DNA from: Candidatus Aminicenantes bacterium
GTDB lineage: Bacteria > Acidobacteriota > Aminicenantia > S016-38
Assembly: GCA_026987025.1 (NCBI GenBank)
Contig: JALSNJ010000040.1
Location: 16,451-80,450, forward strand
DNA length: 64,000 nucleotides
Reading direction: 5' to 3'
Part shown: positions 27,898-36,850 of the stretch, piece by piece
Position numbering within the stretch: the stretch's first letter is position 1
How the letters are laid out: the number at the start of each line of letters is the position of its first letter
Notes under the pieces: model-generated
Database searches by the model: none
What the model was told of the DNA's origin: nothing
Seen by the model: only the letters and a program-made list of their open reading frames with translations
Program-made: the position numbers and the translations under genes

Positions 27898-28271
27898 AGC
27901 TTTCTTTCCAGTGCCCTCATTTCTCCGCGGTCGGTTTCGTGGTCGTAGCCCAGAAGATGAAGGAAGCCGTGTATGAGCAGGATTTTAAGTTCCTTCTCCA
28001 AGGAGTGGCCCAGCTGCTGGGCCTGCCTCAAGGCCGTTTCAGTTGAAATTATCACATCCCCAAGATAATCTTCCTGTCCCGCCTGAAAACTTAAAACATC
28101 GGTGGGTTCGTTCTTCCCCCTGAAAAGCCTGTTCAGTTCCTTTATTTTTTTGTCGCTAACCAGAACCACGGTGAAATCCCTCTTTTCGGAAAATTCCTCC
28201 TTCAGCTTTTCCTTGAGCTCAAGAAGAGGTTTTCTGTTTATTTTTACCTTCCTCTGTCGGTTTAGCACCAT
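27879..28271 (-). CDS. ybeY: rRNA maturation RNase YbeY
   Basis: LNRLFRGKNEPTDVLSF, LGDVIIS, HGFLHLLGYDH; start placed at ATG 28271. Confidence 0.96.
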   Translation of the reverse strand: MVLNRQRKVKINRKPLLELKEKLKEEFSEKRDFTVVLVSDKKIKELNRLFRGKNEPTDVLSFQAGQEDYLGDVIISTETALRQAQQLGHSLEKELKILLIHGFLHLLGYDHETDRGEMRALERKLWKKFL

Positions 28272-29682
28272 TTTTCCCTTCCTTCGGGTACTCAACCCTT
28301 TTGTGGTGTATGGCTGTCAAGCTTTTTATGATTTCTTCCTTGACCACCCTCAATTCCCTCATATTAATGGGGGCTTCGTCAAACTGTCCGTCTTCCAGCA
28401 GGGCTTTGAAGATGGAATTTACCGTGGACCTTATGCTTTCCTCGTTGGGTTCCTTCAGGGACTTTACCGCCGCCTCCGAAGAGTCGCATAGCATAACTAT
28501 GGCTGTTTCCTTGCTCTGGGGCTTTGGGCCAGGATATCGGAAGGTGGTCTCGTCGGCGTCGCTTCCCATTTCCTTCGCCTTGGCGTAGAAGTATTTTACC
28601 AGGGTGGTCCCGTGATGCTGGGCTATGAAATCTATTATTTCCTTGGGAAGCCCCATTTCCTTTCCCATTTCCACCCCTTCCTTCACATGGTTTATTATTA
28701 TCATGGCACTGAGAGAGGGGCTTTTGTTTTCGTGAGGGTTGGGAAGATTCACCTGATTCTCTATGAAATACTGGGGCATTTTTAATTTTCCTATGTCGTG
28801 GTAAAGGGCACCGGCTCTGGCCAGAAGGGAGTTGGCTCCGATGGCGTCGGCGGCCCTCTCGGCCAAGGTGGCCACCATCAGGGAATGATGGAAGGTCCCG
28901 GGGGCTTCCAAGGCCATTTTTTTAAAGACATCCTGATTGGTATTGGCCAGCTCAATAAGCCTCAGGGGCGATACTATTCTAAAGAGATACTCTATGATGG
29001 GCACTAAGAAAGAGGCTATAATGCTCAGCTCAAGGACATTGACCGTGGAGGCAGTCAGGTCGTGGAGGAAGGTTCTGGGGGAGAGTTTCTGAAGGTGCGA
29101 GAAGAGCAGAAACAGGAGGGATGCGGGGTATAATATTACGAAGGCGGTTCTATAGATGGTTCCCCTCCTCATTTTCCCGTAATGCAGGACCCCATAAATG
29201 GCCCCGAAACCGAGGAGGAAGGCATAAAGGAAGGCCATAACATTACCGGTTATTCCCAACACTCCCAGTGATATAAGAACGGTTAGAATTATTGATGATA
29301 AAGGCTCAAAGATGTATGAAAGCACCAGAACAGCAAAGGAATATGGAAAAGAAAACAGGATGATCTCCTCTGCCTGGCTCCCCATGAGCCTCAAAAGTGC
29401 CGTTTTGTGAAGGAGGAAAAGAAGAAAAGTAAAGAGAAAGGAGAAGATAACAACATTAATGGTTTTGTCAAAATTCCTCTTTCCGTTGGCCTCCCGCAGA
29501 ATTTTTGTCAGGAAGTAGAGGAAAAGGAAAGAATAAAGGAGAGCCAGGGGGGAGTAATTCACCGAGTACAGGAAATAAACACCCACGAATACTGTAACTG
29601 CCACACCGATTATCTTGAGGAGAAGACCCACTTTAAGGCTTTCTTCCCTGAGCTTCAGCCCCCCTCGCTTAGGTTTTCCCAT
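28219..29682 (-). CDS. 7TM-HDIG phosphohydrolase (PgpH-like)
   Basis: Multiple TMs, then APGTFHHS, YHDIGK, FIENQ, HVKEG, QHHGTT, FRYPGPKPQS; usual phoH-HD-ybeY context. Confidence 0.9.
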   Translation of the reverse strand: MGKPKRGGLKLREESLKVGLLLKIIGVAVTVFVGVYFLYSVNYSPLALLYSFLFLYFLTKILREANGKRNFDKTINVVIFSFLFTFLLFLLHKTALLRLMGSQAEEIILFSFPYSFAVLVLSYIFEPLSSIILTVLISLGVLGITGNVMAFLYAFLLGFGAIYGVLHYGKMRRGTIYRTAFVILYPASLLFLLFSHLQKLSPRTFLHDLTASTVNVLELSIIASFLVPIIEYLFRIVSPLRLIELANTNQDVFKKMALEAPGTFHHSLMVATLAERAADAIGANSLLARAGALYHDIGKLKMPQYFIENQVNLPNPHENKSPSLSAMIIINHVKEGVEMGKEMGLPKEIIDFIAQHHGTTLVKYFYAKAKEMGSDADETTFRYPGPKPQSKETAIVMLCDSSEAAVKSLKEPNEESIRSTVNSIFKALLEDGQFDEAPINMRELRVVKEEIIKSLTAIHHKRVEYPKEGKNGAKPTEEGKNKQKTSS

Positions 29683-30631
29683 CCTGCTCCTCTTCCCTTT
29701 TCTCGTAAGCCTCTATTATCTTCTGAACTAAGGGATGACGCACCACATCCTCCTTGGAGAACTCAATGACCTTAATGCCCTCAATGCCGTTTAAAAGCTC
29801 AATGGCCTCCACAAGGCCTGACTTTATGTTCTTGGGCAGGTCTATCTGGGTAATGTCTCCTGTTATAATCGCCTTGGAGTCAAATCCTATCCTGGTAAGA
29901 AACATTTTCATCTGCTCTGAGGTGGTGTTCTGGGCTTCGTCCAGGATTATAACCGAATCGTTCAGGGTTCTACCCCTCATGAAGGCCAAAGGGGCTATTT
30001 CTATGGTTCCCCTCTCCAGGAGCCTCAGGGCCTTTTCGGCCTCTAAAAGGTCATAGAGGGCATCGTAAAGTGGCCGTAGGTATGGGTTTACCTTTTCTTC
30101 CATAGTTCCAGGGAGGAAACCCAGTTTTTCCCCTGCCTCTATGGCCGGCCTTGTGAGAATGATCCTTCCGTATTTTCTTTCAAAAAGAAGGTAGATGGCC
30201 ATGGCCATGGCCAGATAGGTTTTTCCAGTTCCTGCCGGCCCAACGGCGAAGACTATGTCGTATTTCTGTATGGCCTCCATGTAAAGCTTCTGATTAAGGC
30301 TTTTGGGACGAACGGGTTTGCGGGTTCCCCTGAACCTTATCTCCCTTCTCCTGTCAAAGAGGGTTTCCAGGTCGGCCTCCGAATCCTTCTCCAGCATGTC
30401 CAAGGCTATTATGAAATCCTCCTCCCTCAGTGCCCTCACCCTATTGAGGTCCGCCATTTTCTCAAAGTATTCCTTGGCGAATTTAACCCTCTCCTTCGGC
30501 CCTGAGATCATGAGGGTATCCCCCCTGGCGGTTATGTCCACCCTGAGCCTTTTTTCTATGATCAGAAGTGTCCTGTTCAGGCTTCCTGACAGGATTCTTA
30601 TGTAATCTTCCGGAAGGTGCAGCTTCTCCAT
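29669..30631 (-). CDS. PhoH-like ATPase (YbeZ)
   Basis: GPAGTGKTYLA, TRPAIEAGEKLGFLPG, FMRGRTL, DEAQN, GDITQIDLP, DVVRHPLV. Confidence 0.96.
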   Translation of the reverse strand: MEKLHLPEDYIRILSGSLNRTLLIIEKRLRVDITARGDTLMISGPKERVKFAKEYFEKMADLNRVRALREEDFIIALDMLEKDSEADLETLFDRRREIRFRGTRKPVRPKSLNQKLYMEAIQKYDIVFAVGPAGTGKTYLAMAMAIYLLFERKYGRIILTRPAIEAGEKLGFLPGTMEEKVNPYLRPLYDALYDLLEAEKALRLLERGTIEIAPLAFMRGRTLNDSVIILDEAQNTTSEQMKMFLTRIGFDSKAIITGDITQIDLPKNIKSGLVEAIELLNGIEGIKVIEFSKEDVVRHPLVQKIIEAYEKREEEQDGKT

Positions 30632-30641
30632 CTAATTCGTC

Positions 30642-30881
30642 TTATCCATTTAGATTGAAAATGGGGCAGGTCACCGTCCTCTCCACCCCTGCCATTTTCT
30701 GAAGGGTGTTGACAACAAAATCCCCCAAGGAGTTAAAATCCTCGGCTTCCACTAAGCTTATTATATCGTAGGGGCCGCTGACTATGTGGCACTGTTTTAC
30801 CCAGTCCATTTCTCTCATCCTTCTGGTAACTTCGGCGGCTCTTCCTGAACTTACATTCATTAGAATGTAGGCCTTAACCAT
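30642..30881 (-). CDS. Stand-alone Lrp/AsnC ligand-binding (RAM) domain protein
   Basis: 79 aa: AYILMNV...VSGPYDII...GVERTVT; no HTH; SD AGGAG. Confidence 0.88.
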   Translation of the reverse strand: MVKAYILMNVSSGRAAEVTRRMREMDWVKQCHIVSGPYDIISLVEAEDFNSLGDFVVNTLQKMAGVERTVTCPIFNLNG

Positions 30882-30981
30882 TTCTCCTGCCTTTGTTGAT
30901 ATATCTTTTTCTATAATGACTTACCAGGTTCTTTCTCCTTTTTCTGCTCAATATCTCCTTAATTTTAACTTTTCCTTTCAT
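30874..30981 (-). CDS. Putative 35-aa basic leaderless small protein
   Basis: TG-T-TATAAT, 7 nt, then ATG. Translation MKGKVKIKEILSRKRRKNLVSHYRKRYINKGRRNG*; the stop overlaps the Lrp start (ATGGTTAA) and the ORF fills the gap. Confidence 0.5.
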   Translation of the reverse strand: MKGKVKIKEILSRKRRKNLVSHYRKRYINKGRRNG

Positions 30982-30999
30982 CAACTCTATTATAACATT

Positions 31000-31245
31000 T
31001 CAATGGGATTTAAGGAATTCGTCCCGGCATTCCTTAGAGCAAAAATAGTATGTCTGACCTTTGTAATAAAGTTTTACCGCCATATCCTCCTGTATGTAAA
31101 CCCCGCATACAGGGTCCTTGACCAGCCTTTTAACCCCCGGGGAAGGTGAACCTTCCCGACGGGTCTTTTTCGTTTTATAAGACGGCTTTAGAAAGAGCAG
31201 GTAGAATAGATAGAGGACTATTATCAGAAAAATAAGAAAACTCAT
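31000..31245 (-). CDS. Membrane-anchored YHS/TRASH domain protein
   Basis: N-terminal TM; KDPVCG...YYFCSKECRDEF. Confidence 0.88.
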   Translation of the reverse strand: MSFLIFLIIVLYLFYLLFLKPSYKTKKTRREGSPSPGVKRLVKDPVCGVYIQEDMAVKLYYKGQTYYFCSKECRDEFLKSH

Positions 31246-31715
31246 CTTCCCAGAAGTTTCTTTATTTCGTCGTGGTAAAGGAAAAGATTGGGAACAGAAC
31301 TTCCCGGGGAGGTTGCTATGGGGTATCCCCCTATTTCCTTAAGTTCCATTAATCCGTCCACATGGGGGCTTATGGCATCCAGGGTTTTCAGCAGCCCCTT
31401 AACCTTTTCCTTGGCCTTATTACTATCGCTGGCCACCACGAATATTATGCCGTGCCTTTCCACCGGTTCGCCCTTTATGTAGTATCCTACGAAGGAAGAA
31501 AAGAGGAATTCCCCCTCCGGGGGTTTCCCCACCTCTATTCTCCTTCCGTCGGCGTAATTTATCTCTGTGAGGGAGTCAAAGTGGAAATTTTCCCCTTCCA
31601 TTTCCTTCAGGACGGCCAGAAGGGCTTCCCGTGGTGAAGCTGCCACCCTGAAGAGGTATCGGTGTTTTTCGTCAAAATGGGTGTCCATTCCGAGGCTGAT
31701 GAGGTAAAGCTTCAT
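31242..31715 (-). CDS. DUF1543-like protein (two internal repeats)
   Basis: Duplicated motif EKHRYLFRVAAS...HFD / ERHGIIFVVASD...HVD. Confidence 0.65.
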   Translation of the reverse strand: MKLYLISLGMDTHFDEKHRYLFRVAASPREALLAVLKEMEGENFHFDSLTEINYADGRRIEVGKPPEGEFLFSSFVGYYIKGEPVERHGIIFVVASDSNKAKEKVKGLLKTLDAISPHVDGLMELKEIGGYPIATSPGSSVPNLFLYHDEIKKLLGR

Positions 31716-32668
31716 TTTCCCCTCCCGAAGACCCTGGCTATGAAAACCCTTCCCCTGTATTCCACCTCCTTGAGTTTTCCCTCCTGCTTTAGCCTCTCCA
31801 CCAGGTCCCAGCCTGCTCCGGTTTTTTTCAGCAGTTCCTCCACAGCCTCCCTTTCCATGGGGTGGACCGCGGCGGTGGCCAATATGTCCCTTTCCGCATC
31901 TCCGGTGAAACCAAAACTTCCTGGTTCAGAACCCGTCAGGAGAACGGGGCGAAGGCCGTGGGCTTTAAAGATAAGGTAAGCCCTGTGGAGGATTTCTTCA
32001 TCGGCTCCCTGGACCCATTTTTCCGCCGGGGGTCTGGTGGGCACCATTATGTAGGAAGTCTCAGGCCTTATCCTCCGGAGAAATTCGGCGATTTTTTCCA
32101 GCTCCTCCCCGGAGTCGTTAAGGCCTTTTATCAGCATGGTTTCGCTTACCAAACGGTTTTTAAACTCCCGGGAGAACCTTTCCAGCCCCTCCAGTATTTT
32201 TTCCAGGGAAAGCCGGCCGTGGGGTCTGTCCACCCGCCTGAAAACCTGAGGAGATAGGGCATCCACCTTAACGCAAACCCAATCTGCCGGAGCCAGATCC
32301 CTTCTCACCTCCTCCATCCAGAGGAGGGAGGAATTGGTGATGACGGCTATTTTTATTCCCAGGCTCCTGAGAAGCCTTATTTCTTCCCCCAGGTTTACAT
32401 CCAAGGTGGGTTCTCCATCGGGGACGAAGCTAAGGTAATCTATATTTATACCCCGGGAGTTTACCTCCCTTACCCTTTCCTTTACCCTTTCGTAAACCTC
32501 CTCAGGCTCATAAAAGGCCCTTCTGTGAACGGACATCTCCACGGTATTTCCTATCTGACAGTAAACGCAGGAATAGGTGCAGATCTTGGGAGGGATATTG
32601 TTTATACCTAAGCTCATCCCCAGACGCCTGGATGGCACAGGGCCGAAGGCTATGGATGTGGTTTCCAT
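31712..32668 (-). CDS. Radical SAM protein (COG0731/TYW1-like Fe-S oxidoreductase)
   Basis: FGPVPSRRLGMSLGIN, CTYSCVYC, GEPTL, ITNSSL, TRPPAE. Confidence 0.9.
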   Translation of the reverse strand: METTSIAFGPVPSRRLGMSLGINNIPPKICTYSCVYCQIGNTVEMSVHRRAFYEPEEVYERVKERVREVNSRGINIDYLSFVPDGEPTLDVNLGEEIRLLRSLGIKIAVITNSSLLWMEEVRRDLAPADWVCVKVDALSPQVFRRVDRPHGRLSLEKILEGLERFSREFKNRLVSETMLIKGLNDSGEELEKIAEFLRRIRPETSYIMVPTRPPAEKWVQGADEEILHRAYLIFKAHGLRPVLLTGSEPGSFGFTGDAERDILATAAVHPMEREAVEELLKKTGAGWDLVERLKQEGKLKEVEYRGRVFIARVFGRGK

Positions 32669-32684
32669 GGGTAGGAATTATAAC

Positions 32685-33434
32685 TCATTTTGTTCTCGGT
32701 CCCACAGGATGAAGTATAAGGGCGGCGGAGGTGGTGCCGTTCAGTCCCAGAAGCTCGTTGATGTAGGTATCGTAAAAGGCCGCTATCTCTACAGTGGAAA
32801 GTCCAAAGGCCTCACACGCCAGGTAAATATTCTGGGAGATGGCCCCGGCCTCCATATAGGCATACCGGTAGCCCCTGTCCAGGTATTTCCATGTGACCCT
32901 CTGAAAAAAGGAGACCAGCACCAATAATAGAGGAGCCCTGGCCATCATGTCCCCCTGGGGAGAAAAACGAAGAACCTGCCTGCGGAAGCTCTCCCTCTTC
33001 AATAGGCCCACGGAGTTTTCCTCAGGAAGGAAAAGATAAAGGCCCTTTTCCAGCCCTTCCACCTGCTCGGCGAAGAAGTATATGAAAATGGGATAGAGGG
33101 CTCCGGCGGAGGGGGCTGTTCTGAGCTTAATTCCCCATTTTTCGTCGCTTACCCCGTCGGCGGCGTTGAGTATCCCGGAGAGGACCTCCAGTTTAATCCC
33201 GGAACGGAAAAACCTCCTCCTTGACCTCCTTTTGTATAACGCCTCTTGCAGGGAGATGGAAGGGAGCTTTGGGGAGGGGAGTTTAATCTTTTTTATAAAT
33301 TTCCATTCCATTTCAGGCCTCTTCTGCCATTTGACCGGTCCTAAGTACCCCCTGGGTGAGTAGGAAGTCAGATAATGGAACCTGGGCCCTGGAAGGTTCA
33401 AGATTAGAATCAGGGCCAGGTTCCAGAACATCAC
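32685..33434 (-). CDS. SagB/ThcOx-type nitroreductase-fold flavoprotein
   Basis: RRSRRRF, RTAPSAGALYP, KYLDRGYRYAYMEAGAISQNIYL, AAFYD. Confidence 0.9.
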   Translation of the reverse strand: MMFWNLALILILNLPGPRFHYLTSYSPRGYLGPVKWQKRPEMEWKFIKKIKLPSPKLPSISLQEALYKRRSRRRFFRSGIKLEVLSGILNAADGVSDEKWGIKLRTAPSAGALYPIFIYFFAEQVEGLEKGLYLFLPEENSVGLLKRESFRRQVLRFSPQGDMMARAPLLLVLVSFFQRVTWKYLDRGYRYAYMEAGAISQNIYLACEAFGLSTVEIAAFYDTYINELLGLNGTTSAALILHPVGPRTK

Positions 33435-33964
33435 TCAACGAAGACCTGGGAGTCTCCGGTGGATAATACCCTGACCCCTGGCACGAGGGCAAACCTGAGG
33501 TAAACCTGGTAGAGGCTGGGCTGGTCCAGGCTCCATCTCCAGTATCTGAAACCGGTGGATACAGAAAGGTCCAAGAAGAACCTATGGCGGGTGAAAAGCC
33601 TGGCCCTCTTGCTGGAAAGGGAAATGTCAAAGAGCTTCTCCTCACCGCTCTGAAAATAACCAATGGAAGTTCCCCCCAGGAAGAGAACCAGAAGCCTGCG
33701 GGAGGCCCTTTCTGTGTAGGGGGAGGTGAAGCTTATCCAGCGAAGACCAAGACCTATCCCGGCGAAGGTCAGTCCAGCTCCGAAGCCGCTTTCGTTAAGG
33801 AAGCTAAATTCTACCTCTGGAAGCCCCTTGTCCGAGAAACTCCCCTGGGTGTGGAAGAAGGAGAGTCCCAGGCCCAGGTCTAAAAAACCCTCAATATCCT
33901 CGCCCAAAGCTGGGGCAAGGATGAACAGGGCCGCCAGCAAAAACGCCGGTATTTTTCCTCTCAT
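33431..33964 (-). CDS. Exported hypothetical protein, possibly a small beta-barrel
   Basis: Signal peptide (LLAALFILAPALG) and alternating beta-strand pattern; GTGA-type overlap with the SagB gene. Confidence 0.55.
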   Translation of the reverse strand: MRGKIPAFLLAALFILAPALGEDIEGFLDLGLGLSFFHTQGSFSDKGLPEVEFSFLNESGFGAGLTFAGIGLGLRWISFTSPYTERASRRLLVLFLGGTSIGYFQSGEEKLFDISLSSKRARLFTRHRFFLDLSVSTGFRYWRWSLDQPSLYQVYLRFALVPGVRVLSTGDSQVFVE

Positions 33965-33976
33965 AAACCAATGATA

Positions 33977-35734
33977 TCACAGCTCTATCTCTTCCCATAG
34001 GGTCATGGCTTCCCTCAGCAGCTCCACCCCTTCCAGAATAAGAGTCCCCGCGGTGGTGATTTTGTCCTCTTTAAAGAAGTGCGAAATCTTGGCCTGGGTG
34101 AGGGTTTTTCCGAAAATTTCCGGGTCGAGCCCGGAGAGCCTCTCCGCTTCTCTGAGGTTAACCCTTCCCTTTTCCTCGGTGGCCTCCTGGGCCGATAGCA
34201 GGAATCTTACAAGATGGGGTGTGAGGGGAAACTCTATCCCATCGGGGACTGCAGATATGGCCCTCTTGATTCTCTCCCCTGCCTCGGTGAGACGGTAAAA
34301 TCCTCCGGGAAGAGCGTCTATCAGGGACTGTCCCACAAGCTTTCTCAGGGCAGAACGGACATGTTCCTCCTCCCTTGGGGGAAATTTGCCCAGAATCCAG
34401 GGCTCAAAAACCCCCCTCCACAGGGGCATTTGCTTGAGGACCCTGGCTTCAAAGGCGGAAATCATGGGCAGCCTTTCAATGGAACTGGCCAGCTGGGCGA
34501 AGAATCTTCCGGATTTGCTGGGATATCCGTTGCCGAGAAGACCCTGCTCCTCTGCCTTGGATACCCAGGAATCCCCCGGAGAGAGGTTTTCCATCCTGGT
34601 GGTGGTTATGGCCATTACGGCGGTAGCGGACACTTCCCTTTTACCAGTCTGTTTCCTGTCCTGCAGAACCCTTTCCCCCCACTCCGTCAGTTCATAGACC
34701 AGTTCCCCCTTTTCCCCTATTTTGGAGTGAAGCATCCTGTAGCTTTCCATAAGGTAGAGGGAATAGGAGACCTTCCAGGGCGTTATGGAGTTCTCCTCGG
34801 CCCTCTTCTTGATCTGAGAATAGCTGGGATAGACCTCCGGATTATTTTCGTGGGCCCTCCAGAGTTCTTCTATTATTTCCAGTACGGTAAGGTCCTGAAG
34901 GTCAATGTCTATGGAAGGGTTCACGGTTATCGGTTCCACATAAAGTAGCTGGGCCGCCTTCAGAAAATGTTCGCCGGCAGGGAGAAGGTTTCCTTCCCCA
35001 TCCATGGCGCCCATAAGCATCAATTTCTCCTTTTCTTCTCCCTGGAGTTCTCCCTCCAGCAGGGAAACGAGAATTTCGTCTGTGAGCGGGAAGTTCACCG
35101 GAGCCCCCTTAAGGAGTCCTGCTCTTATCTGCTGTCCTGCCCCGGTGAGGGAGTAGTTGCTCCCGTAGGGAAGGGAGAAGGTCAAAAGCCCCATGGCCTC
35201 CAGTTGCATCACATCTTCTTTATTCAGGGGAAGGAAGGTTTTTTTGCCCGGTCCCGGAGGGGTTTTTTTCAGTTTTTCTGCCAGGGCAGGGGAGATGAAA
35301 ACCCTGGATTCGGCTATTTTGTAGGCCTGAAGAAGAGATTCTCCTATGGGGAGAAGCTTTCCCTCCATGGCCAGGCCTCTTTTCTGGAGAGCTGAGGAGA
35401 TCTCTTTCTTAAGGGATATGTTCCCCTGGCTTAAAACCGCTATCTCCAGCATGGAGATTACCTCGGAACCCACGAATCTGAAGTCCTCCCCCCATTCCTC
35501 CACGGGACCTATGCTCTGCTCACACTCCCTTATGGCCTCAGCCACCATGTGACCTGCCTGGGTGAGGGTATAAACACCATTTTCCTCGGTAAGGAGACCC
35601 TCCAGGTCCAGGTGGAAGAGGTATTCTATTTCTTCTTCAGTAAGTCTATCCAGGATCCGGTCCAGCTCCATCCCCTGCTCCCATTTTTCCGCCATCCTCT
35701 TTATGAGGGCTGCGTGCTTTTTCAGGATTATCAT
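33977..35734 (-). CDS. DUF505-like protein (multiple winged-helix-like repeats)
   Basis: 585 aa, N-terminus MIILKKH, eight repeated LT/LPxxG wing motifs; SD AAGGAGGT. DUF505 assignment is from recall and needs an HMM check. Confidence 0.65.
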   Translation of the reverse strand: MIILKKHAALIKRMAEKWEQGMELDRILDRLTEEEIEYLFHLDLEGLLTEENGVYTLTQAGHMVAEAIRECEQSIGPVEEWGEDFRFVGSEVISMLEIAVLSQGNISLKKEISSALQKRGLAMEGKLLPIGESLLQAYKIAESRVFISPALAEKLKKTPPGPGKKTFLPLNKEDVMQLEAMGLLTFSLPYGSNYSLTGAGQQIRAGLLKGAPVNFPLTDEILVSLLEGELQGEEKEKLMLMGAMDGEGNLLPAGEHFLKAAQLLYVEPITVNPSIDIDLQDLTVLEIIEELWRAHENNPEVYPSYSQIKKRAEENSITPWKVSYSLYLMESYRMLHSKIGEKGELVYELTEWGERVLQDRKQTGKREVSATAVMAITTTRMENLSPGDSWVSKAEEQGLLGNGYPSKSGRFFAQLASSIERLPMISAFEARVLKQMPLWRGVFEPWILGKFPPREEEHVRSALRKLVGQSLIDALPGGFYRLTEAGERIKRAISAVPDGIEFPLTPHLVRFLLSAQEATEEKGRVNLREAERLSGLDPEIFGKTLTQAKISHFFKEDKITTAGTLILEGVELLREAMTLWEEIEL

Positions 35735-35781
35735 GGCGACCTCCTTGTGGATTTTGTCCAGAATAAATTATAAGGGAAGTG

Positions 35782-36732
35782 TCAAAAGGTCTTTTTCCAG
35801 CCCACCTCTATTTTTTGATAAGGAACCCAGACCCCGTCCACCCATCCGGTGGTGAGGGTTAAGGCGAAATGAAATCCGTTTAGAACAACCTCCTTGCGGT
35901 ATCCCAGCCAGGTAAGCTTTTTACCCTGGTAAAGGGGGTCTCCGTCCTGGTGATAAAAATCCTTTCCCCACCATCGGCTCACAAAAAATTCCCCGTATTT
36001 TCCGGAAAGGGAGAGCTCAACCTCGGTTCCCTTTCCGTGGAAGCGGGAAGGTTCCCAGCGGTCCGGGATGAAGTAAGAATAAAAATAGGCTGCAGAGAAC
36101 CTTAAATTCCCCGCAGGTGTTGAGGACTTCAGCCCTCCTCTCGCCATAATGGCCATGTCGTCCCGGGGTCCTATATGATGTTCCAGGTATTCCCCTCCGA
36201 AGTGGACATAGTGATATTGAAAATCGGCGAAGGGCAGTTTTCCTTCCATGTGCAGTTTGGCCCCCACATCAAATTTTTCCTGAACCAATCTTCTCATTTC
36301 CCTTTGCCAGTTTATCCAGGCCTCTGCCCTGATGGAGGTTCCCAGGTAATTTATCTGGAAACCCCTCTCCGCAGGCCTTTCGTAGTAAAGGGTGTCAAAA
36401 TAAAGGGCCCTGTGAAGGCCGTGGAATTTCCTCAGGTTTCCGAAGCGGAAGCTGAGCCTGGGGTAAGGGGAAAAGACGGCTGCCAGATACGGTAAAACCT
36501 CCCGCTCCCCTCCGTAAAACCTCCAGAGAAGAGCTCCTGCCTCCACCTTAACCTTCGGGTTTATCCTCAGGGAGAAAAATCCCTGGATCCAATCTCCGAA
36601 GAAGGTCCTTCCATCGTAATACGGGTTGGATTTGTATTCAAAGTTATAGAAGAGGGAGTAGTTTTCCAAGGTGAAGTTCACTTTCCCAAGAAGCCACCAG
36701 CTTAGAAGCAGAAGAAAAAAGGTTTTTTTCAT
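35782..36732 (-). CDS. Putative outer-membrane beta-barrel protein
   Basis: Signal peptide MKKTFFLLLLSWWLLG, aromatic-rich amphipathic strands, C-terminal Phe (IEVGWKKTF); start placed at ATG 36732. Confidence 0.7.
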   Translation of the reverse strand: MKKTFFLLLLSWWLLGKVNFTLENYSLFYNFEYKSNPYYDGRTFFGDWIQGFFSLRINPKVKVEAGALLWRFYGGEREVLPYLAAVFSPYPRLSFRFGNLRKFHGLHRALYFDTLYYERPAERGFQINYLGTSIRAEAWINWQREMRRLVQEKFDVGAKLHMEGKLPFADFQYHYVHFGGEYLEHHIGPRDDMAIMARGGLKSSTPAGNLRFSAAYFYSYFIPDRWEPSRFHGKGTEVELSLSGKYGEFFVSRWWGKDFYHQDGDPLYQGKKLTWLGYRKEVVLNGFHFALTLTTGWVDGVWVPYQKIEVGWKKTF

Positions 36733-36741
36733 GAAGTAGGC

Positions 36742-36770
36742 ATTATATAACAGGGTTTTTTTCAGGTCAA
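36742..36770 (-). promoter_or_regulatory. Sigma-70 promoter of the OM protein gene
   Basis: TTGACC, 17 nt, TATAAT; 9 nt before ATG 36732; no SD. Confidence 0.75.
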
Positions 36771-36850
36771 CGAGGCTGGCTTTTAGATTTGCTGGAGTTG
36801 ACTTTTCAGGGCTTAGTGTAGAAAATATAACTTTAACAGGAGGATAAAAG

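Noticed and set aside
31242-33434. Possible RiPP cluster (SagB oxidase + radical SAM)
   Set aside because: No YcaO, precursor peptide, SPASM domain or exporter; both families are common as stand-alone genes.
36771-36850. T-box leader upstream of ileS
   Set aside because: Too short, with no T-box motif or terminator hairpin.
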